This document shows positions 51,875-64,000 of a DNA stretch of 64,000 bases, in pieces (the stretch's first letter is position 1; each line of letters opens with the position of its first letter). The translations under genes and the position numbers were made by a program. Source of the stretch: Kudoa neothunni (Eukaryota; Animalia; Cnidaria); NCBI GenBank assembly GCA_964304625.1, contig OZ199840.1, positions 8,829,487 to 8,893,486 on the forward strand. The letters run 5' to 3'. The notes beneath the pieces are model-generated. The model ran no database searches. It had not been told where the DNA came from and was given only the letters and a program-made list of their open reading frames with translations.

Positions 51875-53469
51875 TCAGCAAGTACACATGTGCGTCAAAA
51901 TTCTTTCCTTATAGAGAGACATTTATGGTTTTTTTTTAAATCGTTTTCACACTACAAAATATGCCCCAAGTTATTTGGAAAAGAGTGATTTTGTCGATTC
52001 AAAGTTTATTTACCAGATTACTTGAGTTCAACAATAGGATTAACACCTGCTTATGTCATGTTGAAGGACAGTTGAAGTTAACCTTCCTCCTTATATACTT
52101 TATCAAATTTAAATTAAGCGATGTCATCTATCTTTATATATAAGGTTGGCGTTTGCGCAAATACACTCTTTATCTGTGGAGTTTTAACGTATTTGACTTG
52201 ATAAACACATTTTGAAAGTTTTAGATACGATAAAAATCTATATATGTTTCGTAAATAACGAGTTAGTGGAGAACGTTAAAATTACATAGATTAAAGCATT
52301 ATAATGGAAATACTGCGTCCTTAGATTTCATTGAAATCGTCCGCCAAGTTTAACTTTCCGTGATCAAATTCAATGCAGATGGTTGTACTTTTATTTCACC
52401 CACTTATTTAGATTGTTTCTATTGAAGTTGATGCGATTTGTGGTTGTTTATGGGAAAAAGCACATTAAGTCTATGCCGGGCCAAGAGAATAATTTGAATA
52501 ATAAAAATCGATTTTCTTCTATCTCTATATTTTGTTCCATTTATTTGTCTCCCGTAATCAATGGTGCACAAACTTCCTGAGCCAGCCAAAAATAACGTTT
52601 TAGATAACACTTTAATGTAATATAAATAATTAGGGAAAGCAGACAAATACGACACTGATAATAAATTATTTAGCATTGGTGCCGGGTCACTAAATTTTTA
52701 TTAAATGAACGATGGGATTGATACTTTCCTTCACAGAAATGATCATAATTTAAATTTCGCTACTCAAAATCGTTGAAAGTATGCCACTTAAAAATTTTTA
52801 GTTATTTTGCATCTATGGGTTAATTTGAAACTTAAATATATTTTTTGAATATTACTAAGAAACGTATCTATGCGAAATCTTCCCCAAGCATTTCTTAGAA
52901 TATTTAAACAAAATTATATAGTGTATTTGAACTATTTGTGCATAATTAGCTTTGAGACTATGAGTAATACCGAGTTCCATTGGCTGCACGATGTTGGTTG
53001 CAATTTTTTGGAGAAAAATTCATTTGATATTTTTAAATGAATTTATTATCTACGTCTTTTAGTATCACATAAAAAATGGTTGTAGATATTCAGTAATTTT
53101 ATTGAAAATTACCAACAACATAAAGCCTTAGTTTTTCGACGTAAAATGGTGTAGTTACCAAAATGGAACTTTTTGTTTATTTTTTACAATCTCTATTTTA
53201 GATTTCCTTTTTAATGTGTATGTACACTGGGAGAGTTTTTCGCAAAAAAAAAAAAAAATTTTTTTTCAGGACTAAAATTATTTTTACGACTGCAACTACT
53301 TATTTCCTCTGAAATTTTTTCAATCCATTCATTAACTGAAATATCAACATTAGCTGCCAATTTGCCGAGCCTGCTGTTATTTAAACTCGACCGCTTTTGA
53401 ATTTACAAAACCACCCATTATTAAAATGAAATTTTTTGATTTGAAACATGATTGCTCAATAATTTCCTT

Positions 53470-53535
53470 ATTTTAATTTAGAATTATTTTAATTTAGAAT
53501 TATTTCAATTTAGAATTATTTCAATTAAATTATTT
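53470..53535 (+). repeat. 16-bp tandem repeat (TTT(T/C)AATTTAGAATTA)x~3.5
   Basis: Read directly. Confidence 0.85.
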
Positions 53536-55810
53536 TTTTTCTCGCATGCTAACAATCTAATTATACAACTCACTCTCAATCTGGGTGTATTTTACATGAG
53601 AGATTCGTATTCAATCAATCGGAATGTTTGCACACACCAAATAGTTTTTATGATAATATCATAGAGAGAGAGAGAGGTGAATAACCAATTCTTATTTCAC
53701 AAAAAACTAAAATCTAGTCAATACTTTTTAAGGTTAAAACGTTCATTATCCTCATATTGACATCCGATATTGCTTAAATCAATTCGCAATGTTGGATTAT
53801 TTCGTCTACATTTCTCTGAGATATTCCTAACATTATTTTTTAATAAGAAAAATATAGGACTAATCTGCTTTTTTTACTAAAAAAGCCACGCGATAGCGAG
53901 GCGATCGAATTCTATAATTTAGAATTTGATTTACTCAAAAATTGAATATAGTATTTTAAGAATTGTAAAAGTTCAAATTACAGAATTTGACGACAACAAA
54001 TAATTACGCTATATCGAGAGCTTACTATAATTTCTAATATTTCGACTTTTAAATACATAGACGGCCTAATTACTCACATTAAGGTAGGTATTAAATAACC
54101 TAACCGAAAGAAATATGAAAGATAATAATTCTAATATATTGATATGACATTAAAGAAAATTGATCTAAGAAAATGAGAGTAATCAAATAATAAATTTTAT
54201 TGTAATTCGCACGCGCGTCGGTTCTACATTAATTCTAATTTCATCTCGAATTAAATCTCAACCAGCTGTCCTCAAATATGTTTAATTATTCGTTTTAAGA
54301 TTTGAAAAATATAGATCGAATTCAATGACAATAAACGCAATGGAAGATTATCACCAAATTTTCTATCGAATTTCAGCAAAGATACGCTGATAACGGAAAA
54401 GCATGAGTGTTTAGCACTCTACGTTGTTACAATGTAACTTACCCAACTCATGGATTGGATGATTAATTTTTGAATGAATCAAATTTGTTGAATGCAAAAA
54501 TTATTAGCACAGTACATTTTAATCTTAAATTACACGCGCACAACAATAATTTTTAATCCCAACAATTCTTACTCAAAAGTTGTATAAGTATTTAATTATT
54601 TTTTAGCCACCGCGTCAATATTAGGCATTAAAAATACTTCAATATCGTCAAAAGTAAAGACACCTCAATATTATTTACCATTGCAATAGTCGGTTCCTTT
54701 CTTAAATTTTGAATCATTGAAAAAGACATCAAAATATTATTTTATAACAAACTCGATGTAATATGATTTAACGTGATCTTTTATCTTTCTTTTTAGCGGA
54801 ATATGCGAAAATAGCAACTTAATCCGAAAATTGCCGAACACACGTTACGAGGATTAATTGATATAGTTGTTAACGTTGGCCTAGAATATCTGATTGCTCC
54901 AACCGATTTCATATAATAATTTACCATCTAAAAATTTCCTGCACACAACTACTGTAAAGTTATTTAATTAAAATCAGCGAAATTTGACCACCTAATTCCA
55001 ACCTAATTAAGTCAGATTTATTCTGTCAAATGTGGCTTTATTAATTTCAAGTTATACAAACATAAAATTAGAGATTTAGTGACTGGCTAAACCGGTTTCG
55101 GTTGTAAGCACAGTAAAATCGTTAAAGTGGATTAATGGTTGGAACGTGTCACATTTTGGCTGCAAATTAATAACATCGAATAATTAAAGTAAATATTGCA
55201 TCGATAACAGAACCTAATTTTTAATATTCAAATTGATATTAGGTGTCCAAAAGTTTTATTATACGTCTATTAGAGGATTAATTAGATTTATGCTAACAAC
55301 ACAATAAAAAAATTAATTTACATAAAAAAATTTATATATTGTTGTGAATTTTTTGTTGCCTATTGGATACGAATGATATTTATATAGAAAATATCAATTC
55401 ATTATCACCAATTGAAGATAACACAATTGGATTATATTTTATTTGGAAAATATTACCATCAACCTGTGGTTAATGTAAACTACTTGTTAATCATTAAAAA
55501 ATATATTGATTTACCAACGAGTATTATCAGTTACTACTTGTTGATACGAATTGAAAAGAATACATATAATATTCAGTAATATTTTTAACTAAAGCCTAAT
55601 CACCGACATCTTATCCCTCTCCTAATAATGACCACGAGAAATGAGTGATTGTATTGAGTAATTCTCCTGTGGTTGGGGAAAAATTCGAAACCGATATTTT
55701 TTCAACAATTAAGTTGTTATCGCTCACCAATAAAAAGTTGATACCACCTCAAACTACAAATATAATTATTACGCCTATGTTCGGATCAACTCGTTAAAGT
55801 GTCATAAAGT

Positions 55811-58135
55811 ATGGAGTTCTCCGGTTTTCGATTGGATCCACAAACATTGAACGAAGTGCTTGATTTGCTGGATGCTTGTTTTTCGCCACAAAAAGCGATG
55901 CTCCCTGATTTTCAACAGGTACGCCAATTTCACTCAACCAATACACACCACGGATGATAGGTTAATTATCGTTATTGTTATTATTGATAGATGTGTGTAT
56001 TGGGAGATTGTTGTTATTATTATTATTATTGTTGTTGTTGTTGTTGTTCGAGTGTGACAGCGGGGATGATCTCTAATTGTGCTTATCTAATTGTAGAAAT
56101 TATCCCACATGGAAACCCTACACAACAATGTGGAATTTAATTTCTATGTGTTGTATATATTGTCTGGAGGAAAACCAGCACCCAATTCCAACAACACCAC
56201 CACCACCACAAATAACAATCAAATACGTAAATAATTAATTCCACATTAATTCAATGCCATTGTATTTTTTCAATATCAATTGATTTTATTCCCCCAGCTG
56301 TACATATAAGAAAAGCTGCTGGTCTTTTGATAAAAAACAATATCCGTAAATTGTACAAAAATTTCCCACCAACTCTGATCTATTATATGCGTCAAAATTT
56401 GCTGCCATTATTGGCCGATGATGAGCTTCAAATATGTAAAACTGCTGCCAATATTATTTCTTTTCTGGCATTGGAATCTGGATACGATTGGCCGGATTTG
56501 TTGCCAACGCTTTTCGGCATGATTGATCCGAAAAATGAAAATAGCATGCAGGTTCAATGAGGATTGTTGTTTCGAGGTGGTAATGATAGTTGTTTAGGCA
56601 ATTTTCGCCACGCTTTCCAATATATGCGAGGATATCTCTATGAATTTAAATGTGAACGAGCTCAACCCCAACCATCCACATATGCAATTGTTGTTATTTC
56701 TAATTGACAAGTTGTTGGCGGTAATTCAAAACCTGCAGCTCCCCACTTATCAGTAAGTTATTTTTAAGATGCTGCGCGCGACTTCGGCACATTTCATTGT
56801 TCCACTGTTTCGCAGCGGATAGAATTTCATTTATTTTCATGTGCATTTGCGCATGCGTATTTTATTTCTAACAATATCCAGGTCGTTTATAACTCAAAAT
56901 TAAATTGGATCTAGTTGTATTCATTACAAAATTGATGGATATTTGTGTAATTGATATTACACTACAATTTTTAGTAATATCTCGAAATAAAAAAAATTAA
57001 TTTTCTCGCAAAAAATGAGTTTCAGTAATATTTTAAAATTCAACTCAAAGGTTAAATTTTAAGAGTGATTAGTAGTAGCGTTTGGCTTCCCAAAAAATCT
57101 CTTTTGTCAAATTATCTCGACCATTGCTTTTTGAGCTGTGCGTGTGAAAATTAACTATTGAAAGCTTTAAAAGATTCCAAAGAATTTTATTTTGGAGGGT
57201 AGAATGAATTGTGGGTCGCGCGAAAATAGACAGAAAAATAAAAAATTAAGTTGTACTGTATAACTTATGCAGTAGGGGGCGTCCAATGAGACTGCCGGAA
57301 GAAAATTCGATAGGATTATCAAAATGGCAAAGAGTTTTATTTTAAACGCGTTTTCTAATTACTGTCGTCAATCGAATCGTCTTAATCATCTGCTAAGAAG
57401 TTTGATCTATTTTTCAAGCGCTCAAAGTATCGTTGTTATTATTTCTTCTTCTGATCAACTGCTTTGAGATAAATTTATATTTTACGATTTCCGCCTTTAA
57501 TGAATAAATTCGTTCAATATTTACGGTAGTTGGAATTTCTGTGCTTACCATCTTGATCAAGCCTAACTTTAAAAGCTTCTACTTTTAATTTATCTTGATT
57601 GAAACACACATTTTACAAAGCTTTTTTAATTAATTTTTTAATTTTTATGCATAAATTAAAATAATATACACCAATAACTTCAAAATATGTTATTAGAAAA
57701 AATAAAAATTTCTAGACAGCGTTGATATGTACAAATACAACCACAGAATAATAAGAATAATTGATTAAACAACAATTATCTAAGGACCGGAAAACAGCGG
57801 GTTGTCGACGACCGTGATATCTTTTGAAACAATATATGTGATTATTATACCTAATTCTTAAACTTATTATTTATAAAATTGCCTTAAAGAATTCAATAAT
57901 CTAAAATTTTTGTGAATAAAAAAAACCCAAGGTCACCCTTCCCCTACTCGTAGGCACTTGCACTTGTCATGACTTAATAGCTTATACAATTCTGTTACTA
58001 ATTGAAGTGGTTTAAATAAATGCATAATAATTATAACAAATTATTAAAACCTTAGCTTTTGTTTTAATTCGCTGTAAATTAGAATTAACTCAAATTTACG
58101 ACTCATGGGAATTTAACTTAAGAATAAAGTTGCCC

Positions 58136-58167
<32 letters not shown>

Positions 58168-61100
58168 GTTGAATGTTGAATAATGAATGTTGAATAATGA
58201 ATGTTGAATAATTAATGATGGGTAACTTTATACTTGAAGAGAACTAAGCAGTTTCGTTTTTTGAAAGATAAAGTGGATATAATGCCATATTATGAAAGAA
58301 TATCGAATGGGAAAACAGAAAAACTAAGTTCCTCAATTCTTTTAACGCAGAATTTCTGTCCTCTGTAAATAAGATTTTGGGTAATGAAGAATCCATTTTT
58401 AAGGCTCATAATTAGAATGAGAACTTCTAGCAACCGCAGAGAATTAAAAAAATTCACGATTTCTATGAATTATGCTTCTATTTATTTAAAATTTTCAAAT
58501 GTTATCTACGTTCATTTATCTAGAAACAGCTATTTATGATGTAAATGCGTCAAAGCTGTGCCAATAAATATGTATTAATATATATTAATAACTTTTTCAA
58601 ACTAAAATTCAATTGATAAATATATTCTCTTGAATGTATAAAATAATTAATTTATTGCACAACATTTTCTTTAAAATAAATTATTCATAAAGAATGGTTT
58701 CTGCGTGTATTCATGTAAATCGTCCAAAACTTATTATGGAAATAAAAAATAACTTTGATAGCCTTGATTATACAAAAATTAGAGGAGTGAATTGCGTTTA
58801 TTATTATTATTTTTAATTTTTGTTGACAATCAGCATTAGTATTATCACAACGTTGTCTAAATAATTTGTAAAGTCAAATTGAAATCAAGGATCGATTAGA
58901 TTAAGCACATTTAATCTTTACATCATCGTTGTAAAAAAATTTATTTTTATTGAATTTAATTTTGGATATAAATGCTTACATAGTGGTAAATAAGAGAGAT
59001 CAAATTGTAATGGCCTACATCAAAATTTGGCCTTGTTCGTTCGCGCCGTGACTGACGGGTCATGGGCACCTACTGTATATAGGGCATGCAGTTGTCGATT
59101 TAAATCGATTTTAGTAGTCGAATTTTTTCAGAATGGTTCGACGTTTATTTTGGGGGGAAATTCGAAATATTCCGAAAAACTTGAAAGAGATAATAACGAG
59201 AGAGAAATTGATAGTTTATTGTTGTTAAATGCATCTACATTGAAAAGGCGGGAAATGAATCAGCCTGTATATATTGCATAGTGAAATTATCTTAGCAAAA
59301 AAATGAAATTTACGAGCAAATAAACATAATTCTTCAAAAAAAGCATTTCAAGACGCGTCTATACCTCTAACGCTATACCTACCTACCTACCTACCTACCG
59401 TTCTGACATCTGACGGTTATTTTTTTCTGAAGGATAAAAAATTGAGGAAAATTCGATTTCTTTGCTACTTTTATACAATATCCTATAAATTCAACTTTTG
59501 AAATAAAGTTAGGATTTCTTTTTAATCTTCTAATGCGCAAAATAATATTTTTTGATAAAAAATTAATTTTTCTATTGTTATTTTTTAGAGCCTATGCACT
59601 GGGCTGTATCAACAACTTCCTGGCTGACATGTCTGAGCACATTGTTCGACGGCCTATCGGATTTTTGAACCTGCTGTTCTCGTTAGCACAACACAACGAT
59701 CAACAAATCAAACGAAATGTGTGCCAATCATTCCACACCTTGGTGATGGTTAGTGATTTGCTTGACCCTCATCTTTTGAATATCTTCGAATACATGCTAC
59801 AACGATTAACCAAACCGCACGAGGAGTACGATGTAGCGTTGGAGGCCACCGATTTTTGGCAGACTATCGTCGAAGACGAACTACACAATGAACATCTTTT
59901 TAATATGTTACCGCGATTAGTACCGCATTTGATTGTTAATCTTCGATTGAGTGATCAGGATTTTTTGACGAGCGATGTGAGTTTGAATGTGTGCTCGGTT
60001 TTTATCGATTGTATAGATCAATGCGGATGGAAGTTGTAGTGAAAACAATGAGAACGAACTCCGTACAAATATAAAACCGATATTTAGAAGTAAGTTGCGC
60101 TTCGTAATCTGTTCGGTATTGAAAGATTAATATGGCATATGCTTGAGGGAATTATTTTAAAATACACAAATAATTGCTTATTTTTGAATTGGATATTACG
60201 ATTTTTTGGTTGGGGATTAACAATAATCTAAAAAAATCGACACGCGCACGCGCGAGCACGAATGAGGATTATGGGGAACATTTTAAATTTTTTTAATGTG
60301 TAAAAATAATATTTAATTAAATAAAAAATTCTCGTTACGTTTTATATGCTTTTAAATTTTGAGCCAAATAATAGTAATAGTAATAAATAATAGAATTAGA
60401 TACACTCTTATTTTATCTTGACGCCGATTCCCACTAACTTCTAGTTAAAGTTTAATTTACATACACCCAAAATGAAAGCTTTTTTTTCATTTTAATATTT
60501 TTCCTATTTCAAAGTCTCATTATGTTTGTAAATAAAACAGTAATTGAATCAATAATAAATAAGCCACTATTATTGTAACCCTTTAAAATAAAGCCTTTAA
60601 ATATTTCCAACAATCATCAATAGACACAAAGTCTGTACTTTTGATTTTACCGCGCATTCTATTTTAAATATGGTATCCATCATTATATTGTTTGTAAATT
60701 TATTCACATTTCAATCCACCCTGTCATTTAGCTTTGTATGGTTGGATTGAGTGTTGTGTGATATTTTTATCAAAGACAGACAAATACACAAACTAAATCT
60801 GTTAAGTTATATGAGCTTTCTATATTTTTGAAATTGTCACGTGAGAGGATTATGCAGAGTGATATTTTAATTTAATTTTAATTTGAATGAGAATTAGAAT
60901 ATATTTTAAATAACTTCTAATACAATCGTAACGTTCACATCAAATTCATATTCCTTATTATTTTGGGATTTGAATGCTTTGAGCCAAATAATGGAATATT
61001 TTTACTATCGTAGGTTTTTAAAGTAATGTGTTTTTTAACTTCGCACCAACAATTTCTAATCCAGAATGGCTTAATACAATAATTTTGTAATTAAGAAATA

Positions 61101-64000
61101 TTTTTAATAATGTAATTGTTAAAATAATCGCCATATCCCACTCTGACTTTGAGTAGAATCGTTAGATGTTAGATCATTTTTTTATTGCTTTGTTTTAGAA
61201 AATAAAAACGCTTTGAACGACTCCGAACATGACGAAAACAGCTCAACAAACGATTACACTTGGACGTTAAGTAGTTTATTTGTTGGCGGCGAGTTGTGCT
61301 AACGGGTTTTAGGGAAGGTTAGTGCATCCACTTTGGACAAATTAGCGGTTACCTTCCACAGCCAAATTCTCCCTATAGTGTTTGCTTCGTTGGAACCGTT
61401 GATGCGTCAGAATGGTGATTGGGTGATTGAAGAGTCGGTCAATCTTGTTTTTGGCGCTATTGCAGATGGTAATTATTCTCCCGCCATTTCGATTTAAACA
61501 ATCAATTTTCATAAACACATGTTTCCTTGGTTGTGATTTATACCACTTTTAGGATGTATTAAAGAAATGACACAATATCTCGAACAAACAATCCCTTTTT
61601 TTGTAAGATGTCTTAACTCACCAAAGGTATTTATTTGTGAGAGTTGTCGGGGTTGCTTTGAAATCTACCAGATTTTGATATTTTTTTATTCAAAATTAAG
61701 AACCGATTTGCCTGATTATTATTAGCTAATGATACTTAATATTTGTTGATGTTAATGTATATTTATGGAATCTTCAGAAGAGTCGCAGTTGATTACTTTT
61801 AGGGGATTTTTAATTAAGAAACTGAAAAAATTAGACAACGCGCACACAGTAATAATAGTAGTAATAAAACCTCTGTTGCCAAATATTATGGAGAATTCAA
61901 GTGGAGAGATGATATCAAACTAAGTTAAAACTTTTTTTTATATTTTAAAATTTTCCAATTACCCAGATAAATTATTATGGATTTTTTAAGGTTAGACTAT
62001 AACAGTGTAGAAACTTGACATATTTCCTCCTTGCTTAAAATTATTCTCAGGGTGGTTATTTATTTGAAAAATTTTGTATAACCATTCATAAAAACAACTA
62101 TAATCATCATATTTTTCAATTATAATGCTTTATTAAATAATATTGATAGTGATGCAAATTTTTTAATTTGGAATATTAGCAAATATCAAATTTAGTTTGA
62201 ACTTATATCTTTATTAGAAGAAAGCCACAGATTTTTAGGATTCGAAATGAATCTCAGCATATAAAACAAGTATTATATTATTTATTATAGATTATTAAAA
62301 TATATTAATTGAAAAAAGTCAATGTAAACAATAATGAATTTTTGCATTATCATTGCAAGAAAAGCGGTTTCGATAATTTTCATTATATACAGTTGCGTTT
62401 TCCATATTAGGTGCGAGTAAATTAAGCATATTCCGACGCGAGGTAACTGCCATATCCTCTGAATAATCTTATTTAAAAATTGTTAAAATCTAAATAAATC
62501 AGGAAAAGTTAAAAAAATAGAAACTTAAATTAAATTAAAATAGGAGTGAGTGATTTTTCCGTTTTCTTAATGAGTAAAACGACGTTTGTTGTTTAGACAT
62601 AAAGTTTATCTGCCTGAATACACAAACATCCCAATGATTATAATAAGTTCAACTATATCGATGATTTTATGAATCTTGTTATAAATATTTTAATTTTTAA
62701 GAACATAAATACATGATAAACTCCAACTGACCATCAGAGTGTTAACGTAGTGGATTTATTTCTGTGAATATCAAATCACTTTTATTTTAATTAAACCTCA
62801 TTTCATGGTAAATAATTCAATTATTTCAACTAATAAGTGATGAAACATTTTTGGAGTGAATATTGAAACTATTGTTATTTAATGACGAGAATAAGCGTGT
62901 CGATTTTTATGAGTAAATAAGGAATTTTGGTTAATAAAAAAAGCCGACAATTTTTGAGGTACGTACGGTAGATACCCTTACTCAGCTTAAGAGGGGATAA
63001 ACAAGTATAAGTTTATGTTTTTGTAGTATTTATAAAGATGATCTTAATTTTTTAATTTTTAATGCATAAAAATGATTAAAACAAGACTGGATTTTGATTA
63101 TTTAAGTTTCTTTAAACGATAAGGTATTTATAGATGCAATTTTCTATAATCTTCACTTCATTATTTTATCAGAATCTTAACTAACGGTTTTTGGGCATAA
63201 AAATTTTGTATAGCAACCCTGTGCCATGCTTTTTTCAGTTTCTATTTACAAAAATCACATAGTCAATCATTCGTTCCACCGCTATTTGGACTGTGGGCAG
63301 GTATGCCCAATGGCTGACTGAACCGTCCCGTAAGAACTACCTTGAGGTTATTCTTCGAGCAATCCTAGAAAGAACACTTGATCCGAGCTCCAAAGTCCAA
63401 GGTTCAGCGTTGGTCACCATTGCTATTCTCGCTGAGGAAAGTCGAGAAAATTTCACTCCTTACATCCCCTACATATCACAGATTCTTGTGCATTGTGCCA
63501 ATGCGTGTAAAGTAGTTGATTGGGTTAGTGGTGGTGTGCGCCAATCTATAAATTTGTAGGGACAAACGTTGATAGCACTATATGATGTTTTGGCTGCGTT
63601 GTTTGACAGTGTGGAACACACCACTGAAGATCCCGTTATGAAAAATCAGATAATACCTTGGATTGTTGAACGATGGCATCAGGAAACCCGTTCCCTTCAC
63701 CGAGAAACTCTTCCTTTAATGGATTGTTTCTGTTCGTTGATTGTTGCTATGCAATACAACTTCCAGCCATACCTTGAGATATCTTTGAAAAACTGCTTCG
63801 ATATCATACAATATTCTTTGAACGCTGTATAAATAATTTCACAAAATTCTGTTTTGACAGTGGAATGGTGGTGCTAGCTCCAGATATTTATCGGGATATT
63901 TTTTAGGTGGCCAATGGAGAAATGCCCGAAGACGAAGACAAAGATTTTATGATTCTAGCGCTAGATACAGTATCCACTGTTGTTGAACGTCTTCCTAAGG
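55811..64000 (+). CDS. TNPO1: Transportin-1 / importin-beta2 (3' end runs off the window)
   Basis: Phase-consistent exons 55811-55918, 56097-56226, 56298-56551, 56598-56752, 59589-59976, 60017-60089, 61199-61270, 61313-61468, 61553-61626, 63263-63511, 63560-63826, 63907-64000. Motifs AAGLLIKNN, WPDLLPTL, ICED, VALEATDFW, WTLRKVSASTLD, GAIADGC, RSTAIWTVGRYA, DKDFMILALD. Confidence 0.93.
56006..56048 (+). repeat. Compound (TTG)/(TTA) microsatellite in TNPO1 intron 1
   Basis: Read directly. Confidence 0.9.
58120..58235. mobile_element. ~116-bp TIR-bounded element filled with a 7-mer minisatellite
   Basis: AAGAATAAAGTTGCCCA and TGGGTAACTTTATACTT (15/17 complementary) enclose (TGAATGA/TGAATGT/TGAATAA)n. 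Confidence 0.65.
59376..59398 (+). repeat. (TACC)n microsatellite
   Basis: Read directly. Confidence 0.9.

Noticed and set aside
57270-57283. CTCF-like GCAGTAGGGGGCG (weaker matches at ~4082 and ~15130)
   Set aside because: Only one good match, and whether this lineage has CTCF is unknown; not distinguishable from chance or transposon sequence.
58138-58218. CRISPR-like or telomeric array
   Set aside because: Simple heptamer tandem repeat with no unique spacers; not TTAGGG-like.
1-64000. tRNA, rRNA or snRNA genes; non-canonical splice sites or an altered genetic code
   Set aside because: No recognisable cloverleaf, rRNA or snRNA signature was seen, and all reconstructed genes work with GT-AG introns and the standard code.

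Overview
This window is AT-rich eukaryotic nuclear DNA, not prokaryotic. It has GC-richer, intron-split genes separated by AT-rich tracts full of decayed DNA transposons. Hand-splicing GT-AG introns (mostly 36-100 nt) recovers: DMAP1 (partial), a cryptic 155-aa orphan, TMEM198, a Cys-rich orphan, RhoA, a C18orf32/UPF0729-like microprotein, GRP94/HSP90B1, MIC19/CHCHD3, an AN1 zinc-finger protein, an atypical E2F7/8 and transportin-1 (partial). The animal-type but very divergent proteins suggest a fast-evolving, compact-genome metazoan, for example a myxozoan-like parasite (inference). Mobile DNA includes pogo/Tigger, hAT (Buster/Charlie), IS630-Tc1, Merlin and piggyBac relics, several MITEs (one only 59 bp) and a structured retroelement-like tail. 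The best candidate for an undescribed system is a dispersed non-coding module. It reads AATCC - GCGC(A/G)(C/T)GCGC - TTTTAATCCC - tandem TTATTCACA-like boxes - CACCTNAATATTAT and recurs every ~2-14 kb at gene/transposon boundaries and in a long intron. Its motifs are conserved while its spacers diverge. All homology calls come from recognised motifs; no database search was run.
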